Shown one piece after another: positions 32,480-41,954 of a stretch of 64,000 nt of DNA (position 1 is its first letter; each line of letters opens with the position of its first letter). This DNA comes from Candidatus Poriferihabitaceae bacterium. GTDB taxonomy: Bacteria > Pseudomonadota > Gammaproteobacteria > Arenicellales > Poriferihabitantaceae. Under the pieces are notes generated by a model. That model was not told the origin of the DNA, searched no databases, and saw nothing but the letters and a program-made list of their open reading frames with translations. The DNA lies in assembly GCA_965226545.1 (NCBI GenBank), contig OZ245364.1, positions 171,499 through 235,498 of the forward strand, in the 5' to 3' direction. The position numbers and the translations under genes were made by a program.

Positions 32480-33679
32480 ATGAAAAATTTATTCGCGCCG
32501 TTGTCCGATAAAGCGGTGCTGGTGTATTCGGCGTTGGGGCATGCGTATTTTCACATGTTCACGGCGTTTTATTTTGTCATCGTGTTGTCGCTCGAAACCG
32601 AATGGCGGTTGCCGTATCACCAATTGGTGAACTTGTGGAGTTTCGGCGCGTTGTTGGTCGGGGCGTTTGCGTTAATCGCCGGTTGGTTGGGCGATAAATG
32701 GAGCGCGGCGAAAATGTTGGCGGTGTATTTTATCGGCATGGGCGCGTGTTCAATCGTTGCCGGCTTTGCCGAGACGCCGGCGAAGTTGTGGTGGGCGTTG
32801 TCCGGCATCGGATTGTTTGCGGCGATTTATCATCCGGTCGGCATTCCGCTGGTGATTCGCAACAGCGGCAAAAATCAAGGCGCCGCGCTGGCGGTCAACG
32901 GCGTCTTCGGCAGTTTCGGCGCGGCGTTGGCCGGCGTGGTCAGCGGTTATTTGGCGCAACGCGGCGGCAGTTTTTTGGCGTTTGTATTGCCCGGCATCGT
33001 GGTCGCGGCGACCGGCGTATTAATGACATTGGGGCTGTCGCGCCGCGCCCATGCCGCGCCGCGCGCCGCGTCATCATCATCAAAGCCATCCGCGCCGGGC
33101 ACTGCGCGCGCGCCGTTGTTGGTGCTGCTGTTTTGCCTGACCGCGGGTGGGTTGATTTATCACGCCACCCAAACCGTCGCCCCCAAAGTGCTGTCGGTGC
33201 GCATGCCCGGCAATCCGCCGTTGACCGCAGTCGGTTGGTATGTCGCGCTGATTTACGCAGTCGGCGGGTTGTTTCAATTCATCGGCGGCGCGCTCGCCGA
33301 TAGATGCAACTTAAAGGCGGTGTATCTGTGGCAATTCGTCGCGCATGCGGTGTTGCTGTTAATCGCCGCACAAGCCGACGGTGCGCTGTTAATCCTCGCG
33401 TTATGCGCGGCCGTGGCGCTCGGCGCCGGCGCCTTGCCGGCCGAAAATATGCTGTTGGCGCGCTATACGCCAAGCCGCCATTACGGGCTGGTGTTCGGCT
33501 TGAAGTTCGTGTTGTTTTTTTGCACCGGCCCGGTCGGCGTGCTGTTGGTCGCGGCGGTGGCGCGAATCACCGGACAATTCGTCGGCGTGTTTTTCGCCAT
33601 GGGCATGGTCGGCGCGCTCATCTGCGCGGCCGCCTTGGCGTTGCCGCGCAACACGCCGGCCGCTCAGCCGGCGATGTAA
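32480..33679 (+). CDS. MFS transporter
   Basis: About 12 hydrophobic segments, GWLGDKW and GGALADR loop motifs, AAIYHPVG. Confidence 0.85.
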   Translation: MKNLFAPLSDKAVLVYSALGHAYFHMFTAFYFVIVLSLETEWRLPYHQLVNLWSFGALLVGAFALIAGWLGDKWSAAKMLAVYFIGMGACSIVAGFAETPAKLWWALSGIGLFAAIYHPVGIPLVIRNSGKNQGAALAVNGVFGSFGAALAGVVSGYLAQRGGSFLAFVLPGIVVAATGVLMTLGLSRRAHAAPRAASSSSKPSAPGTARAPLLVLLFCLTAGGLIYHATQTVAPKVLSVRMPGNPPLTAVGWYVALIYAVGGLFQFIGGALADRCNLKAVYLWQFVAHAVLLLIAAQADGALLILALCAAVALGAGALPAENMLLARYTPSRHYGLVFGLKFVLFFCTGPVGVLLVAAVARITGQFVGVFFAMGMVGALICAAALALPRNTPAAQPAM

Positions 33680-34092
33680 TGCTCCAATTGGTCAATCGTG
33701 TATTGCTGTTCGGCAATCACCGCCTTGACCAAATCGCCGATGGAAATCATGCCAATAACGCGCCCATCCTCGACCACCGGCAGATGCCGAAAGCGTTTTT
33801 CGGTCATCAACGCCATGCATTCATCGACGCGCAAATCGCAAGTCGCCGACGCCACCTTGGCGGTCATAATGTCGCCGACGCGCGTGGTGTCGGAGGAGCG
33901 GTCAGCCAAAATCACCTTGCGCGCATAATCGCGCTCGCTCAAGATGCCGACCAATTGCTCGCCATCCATCACCGCCAACGCCCCGACGCCCTTTTCCGCC
34001 ATCAACCGAATCGCATCCAACACCGACTGTTGCGGCGACACCCGCCACACCACCCCGCGTCGCTCGCCCAAAATATCACCAATCGTCGCCAT
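33664..34092 (-). CDS. CBS domain pair protein
   Basis: GILSERDYARK, RHLPVV, ISIGDLVK; start MATIGDIL. Confidence 0.92.
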   Translation of the reverse strand: MATIGDILGERRGVVWRVSPQQSVLDAIRLMAEKGVGALAVMDGEQLVGILSERDYARKVILADRSSDTTRVGDIMTAKVASATCDLRVDECMALMTEKRFRHLPVVEDGRVIGMISIGDLVKAVIAEQQYTIDQLEHYIAG

Positions 34093-34251
34093 GATGCACC
34101 CCCTGGATAAGTTGTTGCCGCCAATGAGTATAGCCGATATAAACGTCGCCGTCGGCGATGTCGTTGGCGACGGTAACGACGTCAATGTTGCCAACGACAG
34201 TGTGCGTAACAATACGCCAATCGACATAAACGGTTTGCACACCAACCGCCA

Positions 34252-34749
34252 ATGACCGCCTTGCGCTGCCTGCCGCCGGTTGCGCGCCGTGATGCGCGCA
34301 TTGTGATTCTCGGCACAATGCCCGGCGCCGATTCGCTGCGCCTGCAACAATACTACGCCAATCCCGGCAACGCCTTCTGGAAAATCATCGCCGCATTATT
34401 CGACATCCCCGCCGACGCCCCCTATGCCGCCCGATGCCGCCAACTCACCGCACACGGCATCGCCTTATGGGATGTACTCGCCGAATGCAATCGCCAAGGC
34501 AGCGCCGACACCGCCATCCGCAATCCCAAACCCAACGACTTCGCCGCCTTCTATCGCCAACACCGCCAACTCACCCGCCTATTTTTCGCCGGCACCGGTG
34601 CCCAACACCACTACCAAACCCTAATCACCCCCGCCGCCGACTTCCCCACCGACTTCACCCGCCTGCCGTCTCCGAGCGGCGCTTTTGCTCGCAAGTTGGA
34701 ATGGAAGACGGCGCAGTGGCGGGTGGTGCGGGAGGCGGTGGGGTTATAG
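34252..34749 (+). CDS. DNA-deoxyinosine glycosylase (UDG superfamily, Mug/HDG-like)
   Basis: ILGTMPG..SL..QQYYANPGNAFW, IALWDVL..C.R.GS.D, LPSPS. Confidence 0.87.
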   Translation: MTALRCLPPVARRDARIVILGTMPGADSLRLQQYYANPGNAFWKIIAALFDIPADAPYAARCRQLTAHGIALWDVLAECNRQGSADTAIRNPKPNDFAAFYRQHRQLTRLFFAGTGAQHHYQTLITPAADFPTDFTRLPSPSGAFARKLEWKTAQWRVVREAVGL

Positions 34750-37700
34750 CGTTAAGGCGTGGCGCAACATTTCCGCAATGCCGCGCGCGCCGTCTTCGGC
34801 AAAATATACGCCTCGTTGGTTGTATTGTTGTATGGACGTTGAAAATTGCGGGTCGGTGTCGCGGTACGACGTCGTCGACCAAATATACGAATGCAAAAAC
34901 AAATCGCGGTGGTTTTCTTGGTGCATGCGTTTTTCAATTTCCTTAATCAGCGAATGCACCCGTATTTTTGCGTCGATGGTTCCGCTGTGGCGGGCAATGC
35001 CTTTGGGGTCAATGAAAAACACGTCTTGGCGCGCCGAATCTTTCAGCCATAAAATAAAATCCGGATAAAACGAATAATCGTTAAAAAACGAAACGCCTTT
35101 GCCGCGACTTAAATTGCGCATCAAATAAATCTCTTTGTTGTGCACTTCGGCGCAATCGTTGCGCGCCTCGACCAAATCAGAGACAAACTTTTTTTCGCCG
35201 CTGTTCAGCGGCGTCGGGCTGACCTTAATGCCCGGCGGTTCGTTTGCGTTGCGCTCGTCGTCCAATCGAGTGTCCACATGCAACAACGGAATATAGGCGT
35301 GGAACTTCGTATCCAACAGCGAAAGTTGAACGCCGTCCAAAACAAAATCATCGGCGTATTGACCGCTTTCCATCGCCCGCGCCAAATTTTCTATCTCGGC
35401 AATCAGCCGCGTTTTCTTCTTGCTGACCGACAGGCGGTATTCTTTGATGTAGTTGGCGTGCTCGTCGGTTAACGTCACCGCTTCGATGTGTTTTTGTTCC
35501 CATTGTTGGCGCGCGTGTTGCCAGAGATTTTTGGCGTATTCGCAAATTAACGTCACCGCCAACTCCTCCCATTCGCGCACGCGCGCATAATTCGCAAATT
35601 CCATTTTTGCCGCGGGGATGAGAAGCGTATACCAATCATCGCGCGCCAGCAGTTCATTGACCGCTTGCGGCGTTATCGTGATGTTGTGCCAGCGGCTTTG
35701 TTGTTTGCGCGCAATAATTCGGTGATAAATGCGTTGGCGATTCATCAGCGCACGGTGTTGTTCGGTGAATATTTCGCGCGGCGGCGGGTGCGTCGCGGAT
35801 TGTTGCCGCGCAACCGCGGTTTCAGTTTGCAGATGCGGGCGGCGGTCAAGCGTCGTATGCAGTTGTGCATTGGGCGCATCGGGTTTGTCGAGCAAATCAA
35901 GGCACTCATCGGAATATTGAAACTCGCCGACATCGTCGCGTCTTTTGATGATTTTCAGCCCGTCGGGGCGCGGCATGGTTTTGACCGGCAATTGAAAAAG
36001 GTCGCGGTCGGTGTGGATGCCTTGTTGGTGCAGATATTTTTTGAACTGCTCCATATAATTGGCGCGCAAGCCAAACACATTGAGCGTTTCCAACAAACTC
36101 AATTTCGCATCCGTCTGGGTTTGCGAAAGTTCGAGACGGTCGTGCCGCTTTAACGACATATCGCGCCCTTTCAGCCGCACGCCGCGACCAAACATTTGGA
36201 TGATTTGCGGGCCTTGCCCGGTGCCGACATGCAACAGCCCCATCGTCGACACCCGCCATGAATTCCAGCCGGCGACAAACTTGCGCGCGCCAATCACCAT
36301 ATTAATCGGCGAGTGCCGTTTGTCGACATCGGCAAATTGCGGTTTAACAAATTCGTTTTTGCCGACGCGAAAATCGTTTGCCGTGCCCTCGGCGGCGGTT
36401 TGCGCCTGTTCCAGCAATGCATACAAACCGGATGCATCGCCCACGTTAATCACCCCAAACGGTTCATCGGGGTTGGTGGTGTGCAGTTGCAGTTCGCCGG
36501 CGGCGGTTAACTGCGCAACTTGCAGTTGCCCGCGCCCGTTAAAAATTTGCGCGCAAACACCGGCGTAAATTTCATTCGCCGAGTTGCCGATTTGCACCAG
36601 CCGCTCGGCAAATAAATCGACGCCGTTTTCATCCAACAATTCCGATTGCCCGCGCACAATCCGCTTAATTTCCTTTTTAACGCCGCCGGCGCGGTTGTTC
36701 AGCACCCACGCCAAAAAACGCACAATCGAAACCACATCCGATTTGGTTTGGTTGTTGGCGCCGGTTTTTTGTCCGGTTACCGTGCGCCCAAGAAACATCC
36801 AAAGCGGCGGCGTTAAGTTGTATTCGCGCAATTTGCCGCCGCTTTCGGCGAACACTTTGCATTGTTGATAAAACATCAACAGGCAGCCGAGCATATAGGT
36901 GTTGTTGGTTTCGCCGTCGTAATCTTCGCGCAGGTTGGTGATGTGATAATTTTTGCCGTAGCCGTCGTCGTAAAAAAACTTGTAGGAATAATCAAACAAG
37001 ATGGATTTGCCGTATTCATCGCGCAAGTCGGCGATGCCCGCGCCGCTGCCGGCGACCGCTTGATTAAACGTCGCCGAATATTCAAATGTAAAACCGTTGC
37101 GCGCAAGTTTTTGTCGATGGTTGCGCCAAACATTGCCTTTTGCGCCAAGATGCCCTTCATCCACCAAAATTAAATTGTTTCCTTCAAACGCCTCCAAGGC
37201 GACGCGCTTGACGCCTTTTTGTTCGGCGATTTTATGCAGGTCGATGATGTCGACGGTGTTTTTGCCCGGCAAGCCGCCGACATAATCGCCATCGGAAAAA
37301 AGCCGCGCCGGGATTCCGCTTGCGCGCATCTCGCGCAAGTGTTGATTGGAAAGCCCTTCGTCCGGCGTGACCAAAACGATTTTGTTGAGTTTTTTGATGC
37401 GGTTGTGCTTTTTTAAATAATGCAGATACTGCAGAAGGTTGGCGTGCAGCAACAACGTTTTGCCCGAGCCGGTGGCGCTTTGGAATGCAAGTTTGCGCAA
37501 GTCGTCGGCGGTGTAGGGCGGGATTCGTTTGCGCGCGAAACGGAATTTGTTGTATTGGTTTAATTCCTTCAACAAGTCGTCGGCGTCGGTGAAATACAAA
37601 TCCAAATAGCGTTCGGTGAAAAGCAACGCAAGATATTGAAACGGTTTCCACGCGCGTTCGCCGCCGTCCATTTTGAGTTGTTCGCCGATGCGACGAATGT

Positions 37701-37896
37701 TTTCATCATATTCGCGCACTTGTTCGTGGATGAGCAGGCGGTGCGCGTTTAATTCGCCGTAAAAATTCGGCGGCTCGCCGGATGCGCCGCGGTTTTCGGC
37801 TTGGTTGACCGCGTTAATCATCTCGCGCAAGCCGGGAGAATTGAATTGGCTGCACATGAAGCGGTGCAGTACTAAGCGGTTTTCGAGTTCAGGCAT
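34744..37896 (-). CDS. res: Type III restriction enzyme Res subunit
   Basis: SATGSGKT Walker A, VDEGH, YSATF, QMFGRGVRL, C-terminal FYPDFILW...IDPKG PD-(D/E)xK nuclease. Confidence 0.9.
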   Translation of the reverse strand: MPELENRLVLHRFMCSQFNSPGLREMINAVNQAENRGASGEPPNFYGELNAHRLLIHEQVREYDENIRRIGEQLKMDGGERAWKPFQYLALLFTERYLDLYFTDADDLLKELNQYNKFRFARKRIPPYTADDLRKLAFQSATGSGKTLLLHANLLQYLHYLKKHNRIKKLNKIVLVTPDEGLSNQHLREMRASGIPARLFSDGDYVGGLPGKNTVDIIDLHKIAEQKGVKRVALEAFEGNNLILVDEGHLGAKGNVWRNHRQKLARNGFTFEYSATFNQAVAGSGAGIADLRDEYGKSILFDYSYKFFYDDGYGKNYHITNLREDYDGETNNTYMLGCLLMFYQQCKVFAESGGKLREYNLTPPLWMFLGRTVTGQKTGANNQTKSDVVSIVRFLAWVLNNRAGGVKKEIKRIVRGQSELLDENGVDLFAERLVQIGNSANEIYAGVCAQIFNGRGQLQVAQLTAAGELQLHTTNPDEPFGVINVGDASGLYALLEQAQTAAEGTANDFRVGKNEFVKPQFADVDKRHSPINMVIGARKFVAGWNSWRVSTMGLLHVGTGQGPQIIQMFGRGVRLKGRDMSLKRHDRLELSQTQTDAKLSLLETLNVFGLRANYMEQFKKYLHQQGIHTDRDLFQLPVKTMPRPDGLKIIKRRDDVGEFQYSDECLDLLDKPDAPNAQLHTTLDRRPHLQTETAVARQQSATHPPPREIFTEQHRALMNRQRIYHRIIARKQQSRWHNITITPQAVNELLARDDWYTLLIPAAKMEFANYARVREWEELAVTLICEYAKNLWQHARQQWEQKHIEAVTLTDEHANYIKEYRLSVSKKKTRLIAEIENLARAMESGQYADDFVLDGVQLSLLDTKFHAYIPLLHVDTRLDDERNANEPPGIKVSPTPLNSGEKKFVSDLVEARNDCAEVHNKEIYLMRNLSRGKGVSFFNDYSFYPDFILWLKDSARQDVFFIDPKGIARHSGTIDAKIRVHSLIKEIEKRMHQENHRDLFLHSYIWSTTSYRDTDPQFSTSIQQYNQRGVYFAEDGARGIAEMLRHALTL

Positions 37897-38779
37897 TTTT
37901 TAGTTTGCGTTGTTTGGCGATAAGGTAATCGATGAAGGTTACACAAGCGGAATACATAAATATTGCTTCGTCAATACTAACATTGGCGGAGTTCGCGCCA
38001 GAGAGCGCATGGCGAATGCCCGGCTCGGCGTTTGTGTAACCGTAAAGTGTCTTAAGTGCGCTTTCAAGTGCCGGGTGGATATGGATATTTTTCCCGTGCA
38101 GAAAGTTTAGCGCGTCCGCCAAAGTTGCCTTCGGCTTTCCTGAAAGTTGTTTTGCCGCCGATTCAACGGCGTGAATGCTGTCGTCAACTGAGTCAGCGTA
38201 GTCGCCGCGATTTAATTTTTCGGTTGCCGTTACCAAATGGGTTTTTGCTCCGGCAAATTCGGATTGGTTTACGTTGTTAAGTGATTTGGATATAGATTCT
38301 CTGTGCTCGTTGCTGGTTGTTGGAACGATGCACACCTTGGTGCCCAAGCGTTGAACAGTATAAGGAGAAAATTTAAAGCACGCCTCTATCGCTTTCACCA
38401 AAGGGCGGTCTGCGCGCGATTTACGTAAAACATACTCAAGAAACGAAAGAGTCTCGTGATACTCACCTTCGACAATCAAATTACGTAACCACGTTCGGGC
38501 GGACGAGTAACCGCCAACCCCAGGACTGTCGTGAGGGAGATTCAACACATCCATGTTGTATGAAACCCAGAGATATTTCCAGCGCGATTTGCTGAAAGGT
38601 ACACCTTCTCCAAAAGGCCCCGCCGTAACATCTTCATTTATCGCACGCGCAACAAAAAACCAAACCTCGTTTCGAAATTTGGCGGGTAACGCGTCCAACC
38701 GCAACGCCTCCGGCAAAGGCGCAAGCCCTTCCCGTTGCGAAAAGGTCAATTCATAATCATCATTCTGCACAGCCATCAC
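37889..38779 (-). CDS. AbiJ-NTD-like protein with C-terminal HEPN/Abi_C-like domain
   Basis: N-terminal FSQREGL.PLP..L.L..LP..FRN..W; C-terminal HPAL..AL..LYGYTN...GIRHA. Overlaps both mod and res; AT-richer than flanks. Confidence 0.65.
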   Translation of the reverse strand: MMAVQNDDYELTFSQREGLAPLPEALRLDALPAKFRNEVWFFVARAINEDVTAGPFGEGVPFSKSRWKYLWVSYNMDVLNLPHDSPGVGGYSSARTWLRNLIVEGEYHETLSFLEYVLRKSRADRPLVKAIEACFKFSPYTVQRLGTKVCIVPTTSNEHRESISKSLNNVNQSEFAGAKTHLVTATEKLNRGDYADSVDDSIHAVESAAKQLSGKPKATLADALNFLHGKNIHIHPALESALKTLYGYTNAEPGIRHALSGANSANVSIDEAIFMYSACVTFIDYLIAKQRKLKNA

Positions 38780-41700
38780 TCACCCCCCCCTCAAACATCA
38801 AAGCCTGAAACACCGGTTCAATCATTTCCGCGTCCCAATTATCGCCCTCTTGTTGCAGGGCGTTAAGCATGTGGTCGCCATTGACATAAATTTTGTCCGG
38901 GGCGTCGACGAGGTTTTTGCGGTGTTTGGTAAACCATTGGTTTAACTTTTCCGCGTCGGTTTTTTTCGTGTCGCGCCATAAAATAAGCGCGTTGTCGCCG
39001 TCGGCGGTTTTGCCGGATACGGCGAGAATGCCGTCGAGCACTTGTCGGCGCGCAACCTGCAGACCGAGCAGGAAGTTAAAGGTTTCGGCAAGGTCGGCCG
39101 GCGCGTTGCCGCGTACGCCTTCGCGCACCACCGTCAAGGTGTGTGCGCCGGGTTTTTCAAAATCTTTAACGACTAATGTGGCGTTGCGGTCGTCGCGCGT
39201 GACGCCGTCGTCAAGGCAATAGCGCAAAAGATAATCGTCGGCGAATTTTTGATGTTCGGCTTGCGCCAACAGTTCGCTGGGCGCGGCGATTTGCAAACTG
39301 TCCAGCGTGTCTTCGTAGGATTCCAAACGGATGTATTTGACCAATTGGCTTACGCCGACGCGGCTTGTCGGCTTGCCGTCTTTCCATTCGGTTGAGTAAA
39401 TCGCTTTTTTGATTCGCGGCAGCAGCACGGCGTCGAAATGTTTGCCGAGTTCGACGAGGACGTATTTGCGGTCGCCGTTGTCGTTGCGGTTAAGGTTGAT
39501 GACGGCGTGACCGGTTGTGCCGGAGCCGGCGAAGTAATCGAGCACGTTAACGTTTTGTTTGCCGCCGCTTGCAGCGACCACGCAATCTTCGACCAACCGC
39601 AACGATTTTGGAAAATCAAACGGGTTTTCTAAAAATAGCGCTTTCATTACGCGCGCACCATGATTAGCCGACGCGTAATCGCCGCTATCCCACCAAGTTC
39701 CTGGCGTTGCACCTTCGTCCATACGGGTTTTAAACTGTATTCCGATTTCGCCTTCGCCGCTTTCTCCGTCCCCGTTGCGCCGAACGCGATACTCGCTTAA
39801 ATCTGACTGAATACGCTCCCATCCGCGATGCCAGCGTTTTTCCACTTTTTGCGCCCCAACATATTTGACGGGCCAGACGACAGCCTCACCCTTAACAGGA
39901 TCTTCCAAAATTTTGTACGCGCGCCGGCTTTCGTCCCACTCCATTTTAGGAATGCGAAGCGAATCGTCTGCCCCGACATATATGGGGTAAAACATGGTCG
40001 GCACGTCCTCTCTGCGGTCCCCCGCCCCTTGCCGAATCAAAGTAAGCCAAGCGTAATTCCCTTCCTCATCTGAAAAAGGATAGCGCGTCAACTGTTTTTC
40101 GGTTTTGGGTATTGCGGCGGGTGCGGAATTTTCGCAACCAAAAAACATTCCGTATTCGTGGTTGGGCGAAAATTGCTCGGTGGATTTTCGCCCAACCGGA
40201 TTGGAACGAACTGACACAACACCCAATTCATTTTCAAAAACGCTCTGCATAAGCGAACGCAAACGCCACGCCTCTTCGTCGTCAATCGCGCAACACACCA
40301 CGCCGGTTTTTGGCATCAATAACTTCGCCAACTGCAGGCGGTCATCCATCAACGCAAGCCACGATGAATTTTTGTAACCGTTTTTGTAAATAATCGCCGA
40401 TGCATCAGTGTTATACGGCGGGTCAATATAAACACACTGCACCCGCCCGCGATACTGCGCCTGCAACAAGTTAAGTGCCTGAAAATTTTCGCCATGTACA
40501 AGCAACCCATTCATCTGCTCATCCAACGGCGCATCGTTGGATATTTCGGCAAGCAACTTATCCGTAAACGCCTTGTCAAAATGCCGCGTATCCAGCACCA
40601 AAAACGGATTCGCTTTAAGAAAATCGGTCGGCAGTTTTTTTGCGAACGATTCCAATTCATCAATCGCAAACAACTCCACCCATTCGGCAACTTGCGCTTT
40701 ATTGGCGACGATGTCGCCGTAAAACGACGCCGGCACTTTGTCCAACGTAATGCAGTATTGCGTTTCCAAAACAAACTTCTTTTTCAACCAAAGTTGTTTT
40801 TGGAAATCTTCCAACTGCGCAAGGAAGTCGATGATTTGGTCGCCGGCGCGTTTAATCGCTTGCGTCTGCGCCAAGGCGCGCTTCAACACCGCCGGATGAT
40901 TGGTTAGTTGCAGGTTTTCCACCGACAACACTTCGCTTTTCAAGTAATAATCCAATTCGCGACGCAAAAAGCCGCCCAAATCTTTATGGATGAAATAATC
41001 AAAACTGTTTTTGGCGGCGTAGGCGTCGATGTGTTTGCGCAACAACGTGCGGTTTTCATCGCATTCGGTCGGGCAGGATTTGCAAAGCGGCGCCAGCCAC
41101 TCGTTGTGTTTTTTGTTCAGCGCCGAACGGATGCGCGATTCGATGTTGGCGTTAAGCGTTTCCTGCCCGTTTTTGGGGTGGGCGGCTTTTTCGCTTGCGG
41201 TTAACGGGCGATGCTCAAAGCGGATAACCAAATCGTCGCCGACGACCTCGATAAACTTTTTCGCCAACACAAACATTCGCTTCTTGCCGTTGGCTTCTTT
41301 AATGTGGTCTTTTTCATTGTCGGCGCGCGCGATTTCAAAACGCACGCGAGATTGCCCTTTGTCTTTGTCAACCAAAAAAATATACGACGCATAATTTTCG
41401 GTCGTCTTGATGTAGTACTGGTCGGAATTCGCCCAATGCAATTTCACCTCTTCGCCGTTGTAAGGGATGGCGTAGGCGTCGTTGCCGTGGCTTTTATAAC
41501 GCCGCAACGAAATAAAATCGCCGTCTTTGTAATAGCGCGCAAAAAATTGATAGAGATGATTGAAAGTGTCGTCGCGCGCCTCTTCATCGTCAATGCGCAA
41601 TTGGATGTCGTTTTTTAACTTCTTGATTCTATTAAGGTCGTCGGCTTCGTCGTCGGACAACCCTAAATGTTGTACGGCAAGTTGCCGCGCTGCGCTTAAC

Positions 41701-41924
41701 GTCTTGCGCGCATGTTCGCGGTTGGCGGCGGAGATGTCGCCAAGCGTTTCGTTAATTTCCGGGAACAGGCGTTTTTCCAAAAACGAATGCACCTCCTCGG
41801 ATTTGTGTTTCATAATCCGATACAAGCCAAAATCCAAATCGCCGCGGTCCAATTGAAACAACTCGCGCAACTTGGCTTTAAGCAGGTCGCGATTTTTGTC
41901 GGTGGTTTCTTGCTTGGTGTTCAT
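38760..41924 (-). CDS. mod: Type III R-M methyltransferase Mod subunit
   Basis: LFQLDRGDLDFGLYRIM, YNGEEVKLHWAN, DYFIHKDL, VYIDPPYNT (motif IV), FPKS, LDYFAGSGTTGHAV (motif I). Confidence 0.92.
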   Translation of the reverse strand: MNTKQETTDKNRDLLKAKLRELFQLDRGDLDFGLYRIMKHKSEEVHSFLEKRLFPEINETLGDISAANREHARKTLSAARQLAVQHLGLSDDEADDLNRIKKLKNDIQLRIDDEEARDDTFNHLYQFFARYYKDGDFISLRRYKSHGNDAYAIPYNGEEVKLHWANSDQYYIKTTENYASYIFLVDKDKGQSRVRFEIARADNEKDHIKEANGKKRMFVLAKKFIEVVGDDLVIRFEHRPLTASEKAAHPKNGQETLNANIESRIRSALNKKHNEWLAPLCKSCPTECDENRTLLRKHIDAYAAKNSFDYFIHKDLGGFLRRELDYYLKSEVLSVENLQLTNHPAVLKRALAQTQAIKRAGDQIIDFLAQLEDFQKQLWLKKKFVLETQYCITLDKVPASFYGDIVANKAQVAEWVELFAIDELESFAKKLPTDFLKANPFLVLDTRHFDKAFTDKLLAEISNDAPLDEQMNGLLVHGENFQALNLLQAQYRGRVQCVYIDPPYNTDASAIIYKNGYKNSSWLALMDDRLQLAKLLMPKTGVVCCAIDDEEAWRLRSLMQSVFENELGVVSVRSNPVGRKSTEQFSPNHEYGMFFGCENSAPAAIPKTEKQLTRYPFSDEEGNYAWLTLIRQGAGDRREDVPTMFYPIYVGADDSLRIPKMEWDESRRAYKILEDPVKGEAVVWPVKYVGAQKVEKRWHRGWERIQSDLSEYRVRRNGDGESGEGEIGIQFKTRMDEGATPGTWWDSGDYASANHGARVMKALFLENPFDFPKSLRLVEDCVVAASGGKQNVNVLDYFAGSGTTGHAVINLNRNDNGDRKYVLVELGKHFDAVLLPRIKKAIYSTEWKDGKPTSRVGVSQLVKYIRLESYEDTLDSLQIAAPSELLAQAEHQKFADDYLLRYCLDDGVTRDDRNATLVVKDFEKPGAHTLTVVREGVRGNAPADLAETFNFLLGLQVARRQVLDGILAVSGKTADGDNALILWRDTKKTDAEKLNQWFTKHRKNLVDAPDKIYVNGDHMLNALQQEGDNWDAEMIEPVFQALMFEGGVSDGCAE

Positions 41925-41954
41925 TGCTTGATTGTAACAAAAATAAACCCCCCG

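Noticed and set aside
38783-38790. G8 tract at the 3' end of mod as a phase-variation switch or mod-Abi fusion
   Set aside because: A +1 or -1 slip gives a stop within two codons, changing only the last few residues with no fusion. More likely it serves as the RBS of the next gene.
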